Part shown: positions 36,182 through 48,954 of the stretch, piece by piece
Numbering within the stretch: position 1 is the first letter of the stretch
Layout: the number at the start of each line of letters is the position of its first letter
Assembly (NCBI RefSeq): GCF_055900595.2
Contig: NZ_CM148325.1
Direction: 5' to 3' (one strand)
DNA length: 64,000 bases
Position numbers and translations under genes: made by a program
Notes under the pieces: generated by a model
What the model was told of the DNA's origin: nothing
Database searches by the model: none
The model's input: the letters and a program-made list of their open reading frames with translations, nothing else

Positions 36182-36877
36182 ATGCGACTTGATAAATTTA
36201 TCGCACAGCAACTCGGCGTTAGCCGTGCTATTGCCGGGCGTGAAATCCGCGGCAATCGTGTCACCGTCGATGGCGAAATCGTCCGTAACGCAGCGTTCAA
36301 ACTGCTACCTGAACATGAAGTCGCCTACGATGGCAACCCGCTGGCGCAGCAACACGGTCCTCGTTACTTCATGCTCAATAAGCCTCAGGGCTATGTTTGC
36401 TCAACTGATGACCCGGATCACCCAACGGTGCTCTATTTTCTTGATGAACCGGTAGCGTGGAAACTGCACGCCGCAGGGCGTCTGGATATCGATACCACTG
36501 GTCTGGTGCTGATGACTGACGACGGTCAGTGGTCGCATCGCATTACTTCTCCACGTCATCATTGCGAGAAGACCTATCTGGTGACGCTGGAATCACCCGT
36601 AGCTGACGATACGGCAGAGCAATTTGCTAAAGGCGTGCAGCTGCATAACGAAAAAGATCTCACTAAGCCGGCGATGCTGGAAGTGATTACCCCAACGCAG
36701 GTTCGTCTGACCATCAGCGAAGGGCGTTATCATCAGGTGAAACGCATGTTCGCCGCCGTGGGTAACCACGTGGTTGAGCTGCATCGTGAACGTATTGGTG
36801 GCATTACGCTGGATGCTGATTTAGCCCCCGGTGAATATCGTCCGTTAACTGAAGAAGAAATTGCCAGCGTCGTCTAA
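36182..36877 (+). CDS. rsuA: 16S rRNA pseudouridine(516) synthase RsuA, 231 aa
   Basis: S4 domain at N-terminus; catalytic motif [17 protein letters not shown]. Confidence 0.95.
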   Translation: MRLDKFIAQQLGVSRAIAGREIRGNRVTVDGEIVRNAAFKLLPEHEVAYDGNPLAQQHGPRYFMLNKPQGYVCSTDDPDHPTVLYFLDEPVAWKLHAAGRLDIDTTGLVLMTDDGQWSHRITSPRHHCEKTYLVTLESPVADDTAEQFAKGVQLHNEKDLTKPAMLEVITPTQVRLTISEGRYHQVKRMFAAVGNHVVELHRERIGGITLDADLAPGEYRPLTEEEIASVV

Positions 36878-36904
36878 CTTTTTAATGACTTTCAGGAGCC
36901 CGTT

Positions 36905-38095
36905 GTGACCACCCGACAGCATTCGTCGTTTGCTATTGTTTTTATCCTTGGCCTGCTGGCCATGTTGATGCCGCTGTCGATTGATATGTATCTGCCCGCG
37001 CTACCGGTAATTTCAGCGCAATTTGGCGTACCTGCGGGCAGTACGCAGATGACCCTCAGTACTTATATTCTGGGCTTTGCGTTGGGGCAGTTAATCTACG
37101 GGCCGATGGCAGACAGTTTTGGGCGTAAGCCGGTGGTTCTTGGCGGTACGCTGGTGTTTGCCGCCGCCGCGGTGGCGTGTGCGTTGGCACAAACCATCGA
37201 TCAGCTGATTGTGATGCGTTTCTTCCACGGTCTGGCTGCGGCTGCGGCCAGCGTGGTTATCAACGCTTTAATGCGTGATATCTACCCGAAGGAAGAGTTC
37301 TCACGGATGATGTCGTTTGTCATGCTGGTGACGACCATTGCACCGCTGATGGCACCGATAGTTGGCGGCTGGGTGCTGGTGTGGCTGAGCTGGCATTACA
37401 TCTTCTGGATCCTCGCCGTAGCGGCGATTCTGGCTTCGGCAATGATCTTCTTTCTGATCAAAGAAACCTTACCACCGGAGCGTCGCCAGCCTTTTCACAT
37501 TCGTACCACTATTGGTAACTTTGCGGCGCTGTTTCGTCATAAGCGTGTCCTGAGTTATATGCTGGCCAGCGGTTTCAGCTTTGCCGGAATGTTCTCGTTC
37601 CTGAGCGCCGGACCGTTTGTCTACATTGAAATTAACCACGTCGCGCCGGAAAACTTTGGTTATTACTTTGCGCTAAACATTGTTTTCCTGTTCGTGATGA
37701 CCATCTTTAACAGTCGCTTCGTCCGCCGTATTGGCGCGTTAAATATGTTCCGCTCGGGGTTGTGGATACAGTTTATTATGGCGGCGTGGATGGTCATCAG
37801 TGCGCTGCTGGGGCTGGGATTCTGGTCGCTGGTAGTTGGCGTTGCGGCGTTTGTGGGCTGCGTGTCGATGGTGTCATCTAATGCGATGGCGGTCATTCTT
37901 GATGAGTTTCCCCATATGGCGGGAACGGCATCTTCGCTGGCAGGAACCTTCCGTTTTGGCATAGGGGCAATTGTTGGCGCATTGCTTTCTCTTGCGACCT
38001 TTAACTCTGCATGGCCGATGATTTGGTCAATTGCATTCTGCGCAACCAGCTCCATTCTCTTCTGTCTGTACGCCAGTCGGCCGAAAAAACGGTGA
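36905..38095 (+). CDS. bcr: MFS multidrug efflux transporter Bcr (bicyclomycin resistance), 396 aa (GTG start)
   Basis: 12-TM MFS profile, motif GRKPVVLGG; follows rsuA as in E. coli. Confidence 0.93.
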   Translation: MTTRQHSSFAIVFILGLLAMLMPLSIDMYLPALPVISAQFGVPAGSTQMTLSTYILGFALGQLIYGPMADSFGRKPVVLGGTLVFAAAAVACALAQTIDQLIVMRFFHGLAAAAASVVINALMRDIYPKEEFSRMMSFVMLVTTIAPLMAPIVGGWVLVWLSWHYIFWILAVAAILASAMIFFLIKETLPPERRQPFHIRTTIGNFAALFRHKRVLSYMLASGFSFAGMFSFLSAGPFVYIEINHVAPENFGYYFALNIVFLFVMTIFNSRFVRRIGALNMFRSGLWIQFIMAAWMVISALLGLGFWSLVVGVAAFVGCVSMVSSNAMAVILDEFPHMAGTASSLAGTFRFGIGAIVGALLSLATFNSAWPMIWSIAFCATSSILFCLYASRPKKR

Positions 38096-38427
38096 TCTAT
38101 TGCACAACGAGGAAGCTAAAAGGCTTCCTTTGTTGATGCATGTCAACCACAAATCCATCATTCCCCCGATATATGTTTATTTTATGTAAAATCAATTTAT
38201 GTAAAAAGTCACATCATTGTAGTTAAAAAGGTTGAGTTAGATCGCAGAAACGGGTACATATAGCCCCGCAAACGTGACCACGCCCGCAGATATTATTTAA
38301 ATCAGAGCCATAGAGGCCACGCTGGCGAGGCATCAATCTTTACGATCTGTATAAAGACGGATTGTTGATGATGTGTTAAAATTGATGTAAACAAATTGTG
38401 AAGTAAATGTGCTTCCGGGGAAAATAA

Positions 38428-38772
38428 GTGACTTCATTACAACTCTCAATCGTCCATCGACTGCCGCAGAACTATCGCTGGTCTGCTGGTTTCGCAGGTT
38501 CGAAGGTTGAACCGATTCCGCAAAATGGACCGTGCGGTGACAACAGCCTGGTGGCGCTTAAATTGCTTAGCCCGGATGGTGATAATGCATGGTCGGTGAT
38601 GTACAAACTAAGCCAGGCGTTAAGCGACATCGAAGTTCCATGCTCGGTACTGGAGTGTGAAGGTGAGCCGTGCCTGTTTGTAAATCGCCAGGACGAGTTT
38701 GCTGCAACATGCCGATTGAAAAATTTTGGTGTGGCAATTGCCGAACCCTTCTCAAACTACAATCCTTTTTAA
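38428..38772 (+). CDS. yejG: Uncharacterized protein YejG, 114 aa
   Basis: 114-aa ORF convergent with yejF; matches conserved enterobacterial YejG position. Confidence 0.85.
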
Positions 38773-38775
38773 GCG

Positions 38776-40365
38776 TCAGCTCAACGCCAGTAGCTGACGC
38801 GTATACTCCTGCTGCGGTGCGGCAAACACGCGCGCGCACGGTCCTTGTTCCACTACTTCCCCTTGTCGCAGTACGATAACCTGATGACATAACGCGCGGA
38901 CAACGTGCAAATCGTGACTGATAAACAAATAGGCCAATTGATGCTTTTGTTGCAATGATTTCAATAGCGTCAATATTTGCGCCTGTACCGTTTTGTCGAG
39001 CGATGATGTTGGTTCATCAAGAATGATCAGCGAGGGCTTAAGAATTAACGCCCTGGCAATCGCAATACGTTGCCGCTGACCACCAGAGAACTCCGCCGGA
39101 TAACGGTGGCGTGTTTCAGGATCTAATCCCACTTCATGCATCACGGCTATCACTTGTTGTTCGCGTTGCACGGCAGAAAGCATCGGCTGGTGAACCCGTA
39201 AACCTTCCTCGATAATTTGCAAAACGTTGAGTCGTGGGTTGAGCGAGGAGTTAGGATCCTGAAATACCACCTGAATGCGATGGCGAATAGGTAATAGCTG
39301 ACGGCGGTTTAAATTTTGCAATGGCTGACCGTCAAAAATGATGCTGCCCTGAGAGTTAATCAGTCGCAGCAGCGCCAGTCCCGTCGTGCTTTTCCCGGAA
39401 CCGGACTCGCCCACTAAACCCAGTGTTTCACCCGCCCGTAGCGTAAAACTGATGTTTTTCACCACCACATTATGATCCACAATGCGCTTCAAAATCCCTT
39501 TGCGAATGGGGAAGGCAACCTGAAGCTGTTCAACATCTAGCAACGTTGAGGCAGGTTCTGGCAATGGGACCGGGTCGCCTGACGGTTCACTGTTGAGTAG
39601 CTTTTGTGTGTAAGGATGAGTGGGTGAGGCAAATAGCGTAGCAGCGTCATTTTGCTCGACACAGCGACCGTTTTGCATTACCGCCACGCGGTGAGCCAGT
39701 TTTCTGACAATACTGAGGTTATGAGTAATAAACAGCATGCCCATATTCAGCTCGCCTTGCAGTTCGCGCAACAGCTGTAAAATCTGCGCCTGGACAGAGA
39801 CGTCCAGCGCGGTGGTCGGTTCATCGGCAATTAATAATTCCGGTCGCGTTAACAGCGCCATCGCAATCATCACCCGCTGGCGTTCGCCGCCGGAGAGCTG
39901 ATGTGGATAATCTGTCAGCCGTTTTGCCGCCTGGCGGATACCGACGCGATCAAGGCAGTTAAGAATTTCGCCACGAGCCGCTTCCCGACGCATCCCGCGG
40001 TGGAGTGAAAGCACTTCATAAAGCTGTTTTTCCAGGGTATGCAATGGATTTAACGACACCATCGGTTCCTGAAAAATCATGGCAATCTTATTACCGCGTA
40101 CACCGCGTAACGTTTGATCGCTGGCATGAAGCAGCGATTCGCCATGAAAACGAATATCGCCGGAGAGATATTCAACCGGCGGGGAAGGGAGCAGGCGTAA
40201 AATTGACAGCGCGGTAACGCTCTTACCTGAACCAGACTCACCCACCAGCGCCAGCGTTTCGCCAGCCGCAATCTGTAGTGAAACATCATTGACTACTGTG
40301 CGTACGGTTTGCTGATGGCGAAAACCCACCGACAAATTTTCAATCGCTAACAGAGTTTGCGTCAT
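38776..40365 (-). CDS. yejF: Peptide ABC transporter ATPase YejF (two fused ABC domains), 529 aa
   Basis: Two Walker A motifs ([13 protein letters not shown] and [13 protein letters not shown]), two signature motifs ([18 protein letters not shown]); start at [11 protein letters not shown]. Confidence 0.94.
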   Translation of the reverse strand: MTQTLLAIENLSVGFRHQQTVRTVVNDVSLQIAAGETLALVGESGSGKSVTALSILRLLPSPPVEYLSGDIRFHGESLLHASDQTLRGVRGNKIAMIFQEPMVSLNPLHTLEKQLYEVLSLHRGMRREAARGEILNCLDRVGIRQAAKRLTDYPHQLSGGERQRVMIAMALLTRPELLIADEPTTALDVSVQAQILQLLRELQGELNMGMLFITHNLSIVRKLAHRVAVMQNGRCVEQNDAATLFASPTHPYTQKLLNSEPSGDPVPLPEPASTLLDVEQLQVAFPIRKGILKRIVDHNVVVKNISFTLRAGETLGLVGESGSGKSTTGLALLRLINSQGSIIFDGQPLQNLNRRQLLPIRHRIQVVFQDPNSSLNPRLNVLQIIEEGLRVHQPMLSAVQREQQVIAVMHEVGLDPETRHRYPAEFSGGQRQRIAIARALILKPSLIILDEPTSSLDKTVQAQILTLLKSLQQKHQLAYLFISHDLHVVRALCHQVIVLRQGEVVEQGPCARVFAAPQQEYTRQLLALS

Positions 40366-40366
40366 G

Positions 40367-41392
40367 CTACACCGCCTTATTAGGATCAAATGCGTCGCGG
40401 ACGGCTTCACCAATAAAGATCAGCAAAGACAACAATATCGCCACCGACAAGAAGGCGGTGATCCCAAGCCACGGGGCCTGAAGGTTATTTTTCCCTTGTA
40501 ACAGCAGTTCGCCGAGTGACGGTGAACCGAGCGGCAGACCGAAGCCGAGGAAATCGAGTGAGGTCAGGGTGGTGATCGAACTACATAAAATAAACGGTAA
40601 AAAGGTGAGGGTAGCGACCATGGCATTTGGCAACATATGACGCAGGATGATACTGCGATCGCTGACGCCAAGCGCCTGCGCCGCACGGATGTAGTCGAAA
40701 TTACGGGTACGTAAAAACTCCGCCCGCACCACGCCGACCAGACTCATCCAGCCAAACAAGACGGTAATTGCCAACAGCCACCAGAAGTTAGGCTGTACGA
40801 CGCTGGAAAGTAAAATAATCAAAAACAGCGTCGGCATCCCCGACCATACTTCAATAAAACGTTGCCCCCAGAGATCGACTTTACCGCCGTAATAGCCTTG
40901 TAGCGCCCCCGCCAACACGCCCATCACGCTGGAGCAGAGGGTCAGCATCAGGCCAAACAGAACTGAGATCCGCGTGCCATAGAGAATGCGCGCCAGCACA
41001 TCGCCGCCATTGGCATCCGTTCCCAGCCAGTTTTGCCGGGAGGGTGGAGAAGGGAAGGGCTTATCGGTAGCAAAGTTGATACTGGTAGCACCAAAGCGAA
41101 TCGGTGCCCACAGTACCCAGCCTTTATCTTCCAACCGCTGTTTCAGCCACGGGTCCTGATAATCAGCCTGGCTTGCCAGCGGACCGCCAAAATCGCTTTC
41201 GCTGTAGTTTTTCAACAACGGGAAATACCAACTGCCGTCATAACGTACCAGCAACGGTTTATCGTTGGCGATAAGTTCAGAACACAAACTCAAACCAAAT
41301 AAGACGAGGAACATCCATAACGACCAGTAGCCGCGACGGTTATGACGAAAACGCGCCCAACGGGCCTGATTGACGGGGCTGAGTCGCGACAT
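40367..41392 (-). CDS. yejE: Peptide ABC transporter permease YejE, 341 aa
   Basis: Polytopic permease; ends 1 bp before the yejF start. Confidence 0.93.
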   Translation of the reverse strand: MSRLSPVNQARWARFRHNRRGYWSLWMFLVLFGLSLCSELIANDKPLLVRYDGSWYFPLLKNYSESDFGGPLASQADYQDPWLKQRLEDKGWVLWAPIRFGATSINFATDKPFPSPPSRQNWLGTDANGGDVLARILYGTRISVLFGLMLTLCSSVMGVLAGALQGYYGGKVDLWGQRFIEVWSGMPTLFLIILLSSVVQPNFWWLLAITVLFGWMSLVGVVRAEFLRTRNFDYIRAAQALGVSDRSIILRHMLPNAMVATLTFLPFILCSSITTLTSLDFLGFGLPLGSPSLGELLLQGKNNLQAPWLGITAFLSVAILLSLLIFIGEAVRDAFDPNKAV

Positions 41393-42486
41393 TAACGTCC
41401 CTCAAAATCTATACGCGGATCGACCAGCGTATAGCTGATATCACTGACAATATTCAGCAGCAGGCCAATCAGGGTGAAAATATACAAGGTACCAAACATT
41501 ACAGGATAATCGCGCGAGACGGTCGCTTCGTAGCCCAGTAAGCCAAGACCATTGAGTGAAAACATCACCTCAATCAGCAGCGAGCCGGTAAAAAACATGC
41601 TGATAAACGTCGCCGGAAAACCGGCAATCACCAGCAGCATGGCGTTGCGGAACACATGTTTCCAGAGAATATTTTTTTCACTTACCCCTTTCGCACGGGC
41701 GGTCACCACGTACTGCTTGCGCACTTCATCAAGGAATGAGTTTTTTGTCAGCATGGTCAGCGCCGCAAAGCCGCCAATCACCGTCGCCAGCACCGGCAGC
41801 GTGATATGCCACAGATAATCGGTGATTTTCTGATACCACGGCAGCGAATCAAAGTTAGCGGAAACCAGGCCGCGCAGAGGGAACAGGTCGAAATAGCTGC
41901 CGCCCGCGAAGAAGACTATCAGCAGGATGGCAAACAAAAAGGCCGGAATGGCGTAGCCGATGATGATAAATGCGCTACTCCAGACGTCAAAGCGGCTACC
42001 ATTATAAACAGCTTTGCGAATACCCAGCGGAATCGACACCAGATAGATAATCAGCGTGCTCCACAATCCGAGGGTGATGGAAACCGGCAGACTGTCTTTA
42101 ATCAGCGTCAGCACCGAGGCGCTGCGAAACAGGCTATCGCCAAAATCAAAGCGGATGTAGTCCCAGAGCATTTTGAAGTAACGTTCGTGGATCGGCTTAT
42201 CGAAACCGTAGCGATGAGTGATCTCGGCGATCACTTCTGGATCTAATCCGCGTCCACCACGGTAATTACTGTCGCTGATATTGCCGACGCCCGTTTGCGC
42301 ATGGCTGGCGCGAACACCTTCACCGCCTGCGCCGGGTAATACTCCGGCATTACCAAACTCAATGGCGGCGATGGCCTGGTCGACCGGACCGCCAGGCGCA
42401 ATTTGCACGATGAAAAAGTTGATAGTGATAATCGCCCATAACGTTGGGATCACCAGCAACAGACGGCGAATCAGATAAGCGCCCAT
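41392..42486 (-). CDS. yejB: Peptide ABC transporter permease YejB, 364 aa
   Basis: Polytopic permease with the binding-protein-dependent transport motif; overlaps the yejE start. Confidence 0.93.
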
Positions 42487-44307
42487 CTACTCTCCCTGTT
42501 GTCTGGCTGACGGCAGTTTCGTCGCTTTATTAACGTCATACCACCAGGTATCGATACCCAGGCTGTAAACAGGGCGCACTGCGGGTTGAGAGAATTTATC
42601 CCACCAGGCGAGACGGTCTTCCGCCATATACCACATTGGCAGCATGTAATAATTCCACGTTAATACGCGATCCAGTGCTCGCCCCAACGGCAGTAATTTT
42701 TCTTTATTTCCCTGCGCGGCAATAATTTTGTTGATCAGCGAGTCGATAACCGGACTTTGCACGCCGGGGGCATTATAAGTGGAGTTGATATATTCCGATG
42801 ACCAGGAAATCTGTAAATCGGAACTGGGCCACGGCATCGCCCGCCATACGCGCGGCATCATGTCATAGTCGCGACTGCGCATGCGGTTGGTGATTTGCGA
42901 GTTATCCACCTTGCGAATGTCCATGTTGATACCCAGCCGTTGCAGGCTGTGCTGGAACGGTAATACCCACTGACTATTGCTGCTTGCGGGAAGCAATAAT
43001 TCAAAGCTGAGAGGCTGACCCGTTGTGGCATTAACGCGTTGCTGACCCTTCAGCACCCAGCCCGCTTCATTGAGAAGTTTGTCGGCTTTTAACAGGTTGT
43101 TACGATCGTAGCCATCGCCTTTCGATACCGGCGGCTGGTAGATTTGTGTGAAGACTTCTGGCGGAAGATCTTTTTTCATTGGTGCCAGAAGCACCAGCTC
43201 CGCGGCGTCGGGGTAATTTCTGGCTGCGTATTCGGTATTCTGAAAATAACTGTTCGTGCGACTCCAGGCATTGTAAAACAACGCCTTGTTCATCCATTCA
43301 AAGTCAAAGGCAAGAGTGATCGCTTCCCGGACCCGGCGATCGCTGAATACCGGACGTTGGATATTAAACGCCAGCCAGCGCGTATCCTGGGCTGATTCGT
43401 TCTTTTGCTCATCTTTGATGATGTATTTCTTATCGAAATTTTTACCGGTATAGCGCGTGGCCCAGTTTTTGGCGTCGTTTTCCATACGCAAATCAAAGGC
43501 ACCGGCTTTAAACGCTTCAAAGGCGACATTATCATCGAGGTAGTAATCGTAGCGAATGGTGTCGAAATTCCAGCGTCCACGGTTTACCGGTAAGTTTGCT
43601 GCCCAGTAATCTTTCACGCGGGAATAGACAATATTTTGCCCCATTTTCCAGGACGTAATGCGGTACGGATCACTGGCAAGCGGAGGCGTGGCGAGCGGAT
43701 CGCTAAGTTTGTGATCCTTCCAGTACTTTTCTGGAAAGACCGGCAGCGAAAACAGGCTCAGCATATCTTCTTTGCCGGGTTTCGCTAACTCAATACGCAC
43801 GGTTAATGGTGCAATGGCTTTGACGGTGGTGCCTTTGTAGACCAGACGAAATTGCGGTACGCCTTCGGTCATAAATTTTTGAAAAGTGAATTCGACATCG
43901 CGGGCAGTAATGGGGGAACCATCATGAAAACGGGCGCGCGGATTAATTGCGACCTCCACCCAGGAATAATCGTCAGCATAGCGCGCACTTTCGGCAATCA
44001 GCGGATAATAACTACCTGGCTCGTCATCGGAAGTAGTAAATAGCGTGTCGTACAACTGCTCGGTGCGTGCGCCTGGGTTGCCGCGCAGTGCATAACGGTT
44101 GAAATTATCGAAGGTGCCGAGGGCTGACAACGTTATCTGCCCCCCTTTTGGCGCGGCGGGGTTCACATAATCAAAATGGTTGAAATTAAACGCGTACCGG
44201 GGTTCGCCCAGCACGGCAAAGGCATAGCTTTCCTTGATAGCCTGCGCCTGCGCACCAAAGGTGAACAGAGCGATAAACAGCAGCAGTATGCGCACAATCA
44301 TCTGCAA
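42487..44307 (-). CDS. yejA: Periplasmic oligopeptide-binding protein YejA (SBP family 5); start could be 2 codons downstream
   Basis: Signal peptide [21 protein letters not shown]; about 600 aa substrate-binding protein heading the yejABEF operon. Confidence 0.92.
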
Positions 44308-44382
44308 CAGATTTCCTTTTACTCATCATTAGCCGCAAACCGGCATGCTTTCACTATGAATAATAAGGGACGTAAGCACGCC

Positions 44383-45939
44383 TTACCACTGCGGCGTATA
44401 CGGTTTCTTCAGCCAGCGGACAAAATCGTCCAGCGGTAATGGGCGACTGATCCAGTAGCCTTGCATGAAATTAACGCCGCGTTCGCTTAGCCATCGCGCC
44501 TGTTCCGGCGTTTCAACCCCTTCAGCAACCGTCAGCATATTGAGACGTTTCGCCAGCGTCAGCACCGCGTCAAGTACGGGTGAAGTGATCGTTTCCGTAC
44601 CGATGGCGTTGATAAATCCACGATCAATTTTCAGATAATCGAGCGTAAAACGCTCAAGATAGATAAGCGCGCTGTGCCCGGTGCCAAAGTCATCAATAGC
44701 AATTTCAACGCCGACTGAATGCAGCCAGGCGAAGAGTTGCGTGGCTTCTTGCTCTTTCAACATATCGCGCTCGGTAATTTCCAGCACAATCTGGAAATGA
44801 TGTGCGGGCAGGGAAGTGAGCAATTTTTGGATATCAGCTTTAAAGCTTTCGCTATGCAGATGGTCCGGCGCAATGTTAATGCCAAATTTGACGCCTACCG
44901 GCAGTACTTTTTCTAATTCTGCGGCATCACGGGCAATCAACTCAAACAGGTGCTGAGTCAGCGGCACAATCATCTTTTGCGATTCGGCAAAGTTGATGAA
45001 GGCATCCGGGGGAATTTCTCCCGCTACAGGATGCCGCCAGCGTAGTAGTACTTCCAGGCCTGTTACCCGCAAAGCTTGTGTATCAACCACCGGTTGATAT
45101 ACCACGTAAAATTGTTCGCGCTTGATGGCGGTCATGATTTCTCTGCCCGGTCGCATACGCACGCTCATCAGGCAATAGCAGAGAAGTCCAACCATTGTTC
45201 CACTCATGCCGCCCAGTAAAAATGCGTACCACACATCGTTCCATGTCCAGTCATCCGCATAAAGCCGAACGGTCAGAGGAATGCCCGCAATTTTAGTTTC
45301 ACGGACCGGCATGTCGGTTAATTCATTAACGTTCATCAAACGTGAAGAAAAGGTAGATAGCGCAGTATTGCCAATAATGAGGGCGACGCCATCGTAATCT
45401 TCCTGCCGTGAACTATAAAAGAGAGAAGGCGTCAGGTTGAGATTCAGAGCGGCAAACACGCCGCTATTTTTCAGCAAAGGGTTGCGATACCAGATGACGA
45501 TTGCGGGTTTGTTCGGCACCATCGGCGTGCCGGGTAAGATCGCCATATCGACGTTTTTATTAATGTCGAGCGCCGGAATCAATTCATTGAGTGGAATGTC
45601 CATCTCACCGGTCGCAGATGAACAGAATGTTTTTTTATCTTTTACCAGCACAAACGTACGGACATTCATACTAAACGCCGCGCGGGCAGTCAGTTCGGGG
45701 TTAGCTTGCTGACAAGTATCTAAGGTCAGCGGCTGGAGCCGGTCAGTAGTGGATTTCAGGTCGGCAAAATAGGTATCGAGATACTTTTGTACGTCGGTAA
45801 TCAGTGTGTCGTATTTGACTTCGTGCTTATGCCAGGCCACTAAAAACTGAAGGCAGCTCACCAGTATCGCAATCATCACGCCTGCAACGATGCAGGTAAG
45901 CATAAGCTTACGTCCAGAATTGGGAGCGCGTATGAACAT
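44383..45939 (-). CDS. rtn: Membrane-anchored EAL-domain (c-di-GMP phosphodiesterase-type) protein Rtn, 518 aa
   Basis: Two TM segments flanking a periplasmic domain, then EAL domain with EVLLRW, …EITE…, DDFGTGHS motifs. Confidence 0.9.
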   Translation of the reverse strand: MFIRAPNSGRKLMLTCIVAGVMIAILVSCLQFLVAWHKHEVKYDTLITDVQKYLDTYFADLKSTTDRLQPLTLDTCQQANPELTARAAFSMNVRTFVLVKDKKTFCSSATGEMDIPLNELIPALDINKNVDMAILPGTPMVPNKPAIVIWYRNPLLKNSGVFAALNLNLTPSLFYSSRQEDYDGVALIIGNTALSTFSSRLMNVNELTDMPVRETKIAGIPLTVRLYADDWTWNDVWYAFLLGGMSGTMVGLLCYCLMSVRMRPGREIMTAIKREQFYVVYQPVVDTQALRVTGLEVLLRWRHPVAGEIPPDAFINFAESQKMIVPLTQHLFELIARDAAELEKVLPVGVKFGINIAPDHLHSESFKADIQKLLTSLPAHHFQIVLEITERDMLKEQEATQLFAWLHSVGVEIAIDDFGTGHSALIYLERFTLDYLKIDRGFINAIGTETITSPVLDAVLTLAKRLNMLTVAEGVETPEQARWLSERGVNFMQGYWISRPLPLDDFVRWLKKPYTPQW

Positions 45940-46119
45940 GATTCCGTTAATTTCCTGAAATTACGACAACATTTAAAAGATAACAATGACCGGACTATAG
46001 CCTGGATCAAGACGCGGAAACATCATTTTCTCTGATGAATGAAAACAAAAAAGCACTGCTTAAGCAGTGCTTTCAGTTAACTCGTCAGGATAGCCAAGGG
46101 ATTGCATCCAAACGGTTTA

Positions 46120-46686
46120 TTAGCTGCGGCTGAGAACCCGGCGTGCTTCGTTGTAACGCTTCTTCCAGTACGGTTCATTCATGCTGGAAATAATAACACC
46201 ACTGCTGGTGGAAGCATGGACAAACTGATTGTTGCCGATATAAATACCGACATGGCGTCCCGTTGAACCGGCGCGGAACAGAACTAAATCACCCGTACGC
46301 AAATTACTGCGGGAAACAGATTTACCCATTTCCTGCTGTTCGTAAGTCGAACGCGGAAGTTCTAAGCCAAATTGCTCGCGGAATGTACGCTGTACGAAAC
46401 CAGAACAATCGATACCTTTTTTAGTGCTGCCGCCCAGACGATAGCGTACGCCTTTCCAGTCAGCATACTGATCCATAATTCGCGATTTTACGTCGACATT
46501 ACGAACCAGGTTTTCAAATTCATCCTGAGAAGCTTGCAGTGATGATGTTTCACTACCCACTGCACGTGTCTCAGGATGCATATTCTTTGCGGTGTTATTT
46601 GCACTACATGCAGAAAGCAGAACCGCTACTGCAATCGCGGGGATCCCGCGCAAGATATATCTCAAAATCGGTTGAGATTTGACCAT
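46120..46686 (-). CDS. mepS: Peptidoglycan DD-endopeptidase/LD-carboxypeptidase MepS (Spr), NlpC/P60 lipoprotein, 188 aa
   Basis: Lipobox LLSACSAN; NlpC/P60 catalytic Cys in GIDCSGFV and His in GRHVGIYIG. Confidence 0.95.
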
Positions 46687-47098
46687 GTTGTTTGTTTTCC
46701 CTTGAAGTCCTTAACGACAAATATCGTTATAAAAAAATGCCAAGCGACACGAGACTAATTACCTGGGCATGTTGAAACAATTCCTTAAGGCCAAATCTGT
46801 GGACTAACGCACAAAATTATATGCTGTGAGGATAATCTACCGCCGAGGCAAAACGAGTTCGAGATTACCCGATTGGTGCGGTCTTGGCGAGTGGTTTTAC
46901 ATGATTTTTTATAAGAAAAAGTGATACAGAAAGTTAATAAGCGGGATTGGTCAATTAAAGTACGATTGAGTGAAACGCATACAATCCATTCATTTACTTA
47001 GGGAATGATTTTTGTGTTCGATGAAAGAAAGCAAAGGCGCACATCATCAGGAATATCCTTACTATAAAAATAAACCTGATGATGTTAATTACCGTGAG

Positions 47099-47812
47099 TT
47101 ATTTGTTTTGGAAATGTTTGTTTTTTCCCGGTAGTGATTTGTCAAAAAAGGTGATTAATCGATCACTTAATGGCGTCAGCAACATCCAGGGCAAACCAAT
47201 CAATATCACGGTCATCGAACCAACAATGATGTCAGTAAACCAGTGTGCACCAATCATTACTCTGGGAAATGCAAAAACCACAAAAATAATAAGGGCGATA
47301 AGGCCTGCGACTTTGCCGAAATAACGCCACATGAATGCCGAAAAAATAAGCAGCATCATGCCGTGATCGCCGGGAAAGCTGTCTCGTGAGGCATCTTTCG
47401 TGGGGATAGGGAGCAGTTCGCTGACGCGGTTAATATTGGCAAAAGTTAATGTTGGGCTGGCCCGTTTTACAGGAATTAATGCCTGTCCCAGTTGGTTTAA
47501 GACCACTGCAGTTAATAGCATGACGAGGCCAATAATCACGATACGTCGTCGGCCTGGGGCGTTTTCTTTCAGCCAGAAACTCAGCATCAACATTCCCATT
47601 GCCAGCAGTGAACAACCGTCGAAGGCACGATTATTGGTCAATGCAACCAGCCACAAAAAGGCCTTACTTTCGACCAGTTTCTGATTAAAGAAATAAAAAA
47701 TATCCGCATCAATCGGCAACCAGAATCCATGATTAACGGGAATATACCAGGAAAGAAACAGCGCGAGGCCGACAATATTCAACAACACTATTTGCGGCAA
47801 ATTTTTAATCAT
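47099..47812 (-). CDS. lpxT: Lipid A 1-diphosphate synthase LpxT (YeiU), PAP2 family, 237 aa
   Basis: PAP2 motifs (…SFPGDHGMM…, …IGAHWFTD…); start set at MIKNLPQIVLL (ORF track starts 12 aa upstream). Confidence 0.88.
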   Translation of the reverse strand: MIKNLPQIVLLNIVGLALFLSWYIPVNHGFWLPIDADIFYFFNQKLVESKAFLWLVALTNNRAFDGCSLLAMGMLMLSFWLKENAPGRRRIVIIGLVMLLTAVVLNQLGQALIPVKRASPTLTFANINRVSELLPIPTKDASRDSFPGDHGMMLLIFSAFMWRYFGKVAGLIALIIFVVFAFPRVMIGAHWFTDIIVGSMTVILIGLPWMLLTPLSDRLITFFDKSLPGKNKHFQNK

Positions 47813-47850
47813 ATTTTCTCTAATTATCTTACTGAAAAACGCAGGCAACC

Positions 47851-48837
47851 TTACGCGGTAGTCGCTAAACGAAGCTTCAACAGCGCGCTCTGCAAAGCAT
47901 TCCAGTCAGCTTCGCTGCTGGAAATCAGCTCAATACGACTGTCCGGTGGCGCAACGTTTTGCGTTTCAATGTGCAGGTCATCGCCCTGACGGTTGATTCG
48001 CACCAGCCCTTCGGGAATACGCATCACGCCTTTGACGCGTTCCACCGGTGCAAGTCGCGCCCATTCCAGAATGCCAATGGTGTCGAATACCGTATCAGCG
48101 TCGAATATCCAGCCACAGGCCTGATGCCCTTGTCCACTGTTCAGACTGCGACGCCAGCGTTGATGCTCTGGCAGGCTTAACGCTGCTAATCCTTTTTTCA
48201 CGCTATGCTGATGAGAATGCGCCGCGCTGGCGGGCAACTCGGCTAAATTGCGACGTGGCAAATCCAGAAGATGACCGTCAATTTTCCCATGCTTGCTGTG
48301 AATTAATTGCCGATCGCCACCATTTTGCTGCCACCAGCGCTGTAGCGCTTGCTCACTTTCGGGCGTCGCACGGTCGGATTTATTGGCGACAATAATGTCT
48401 GCGGCAGCCAGCTGGTCACGGAAGTTTTCATTGCTGGCGCTTTTTTCGTCCAGCAGCAGGCGTGGATCGAGAATGCACAACGTGGCGCGCAGATCTATCC
48501 ACGGTTCATACACGGGCGCGGTTAAGAGATCGAGGATCTGTTTCGGATGGCCCAGCCCGGTCGGCTCTATCAACAAGCGGTCTGGTTTTCCCTGACGCAG
48601 TAAGGTATTCAACCCTACCTGCATGGGTAAACCATTAACGCAGCACATACAGCCGCCGGGGATCTCTTTCAACAATGCGCCGCTATCGGCGAGCAAAGCA
48701 CCATCAATTCCGACTTCCCCAAATTCATTAACCAGTACCGCCCATTTTTCGTTGGGATCTTTATGGGCTAACAGATGAAGAATCGACGTAGTTTTCCCGC
48801 TGCCGAGAAAACCGGTGATGAGGTTGGTCCTGGTCAC
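47851..48837 (-). CDS. yeiR: CobW/P47K-family zinc-binding GTPase YeiR, 328 aa
   Basis: P-loop GFLGSGKTT, metal-binding GGCMCC motif, C-terminal CobW domain. Confidence 0.93.
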   Translation of the reverse strand: MTRTNLITGFLGSGKTTSILHLLAHKDPNEKWAVLVNEFGEVGIDGALLADSGALLKEIPGGCMCCVNGLPMQVGLNTLLRQGKPDRLLIEPTGLGHPKQILDLLTAPVYEPWIDLRATLCILDPRLLLDEKSASNENFRDQLAAADIIVANKSDRATPESEQALQRWWQQNGGDRQLIHSKHGKIDGHLLDLPRRNLAELPASAAHSHQHSVKKGLAALSLPEHQRWRRSLNSGQGHQACGWIFDADTVFDTIGILEWARLAPVERVKGVMRIPEGLVRINRQGDDLHIETQNVAPPDSRIELISSSEADWNALQSALLKLRLATTA

Positions 48838-48954
48838 AACGGCTCCGCAATACTCTTAAAAGTTAACTGAGCGTTAATCCTGGCTAAAAAAGGCAGAAAA
48901 GAGAAGGGGAGAGCGGACGAAGGCGAGCTTCATCCGCTTTAACCGCAGAAATCG

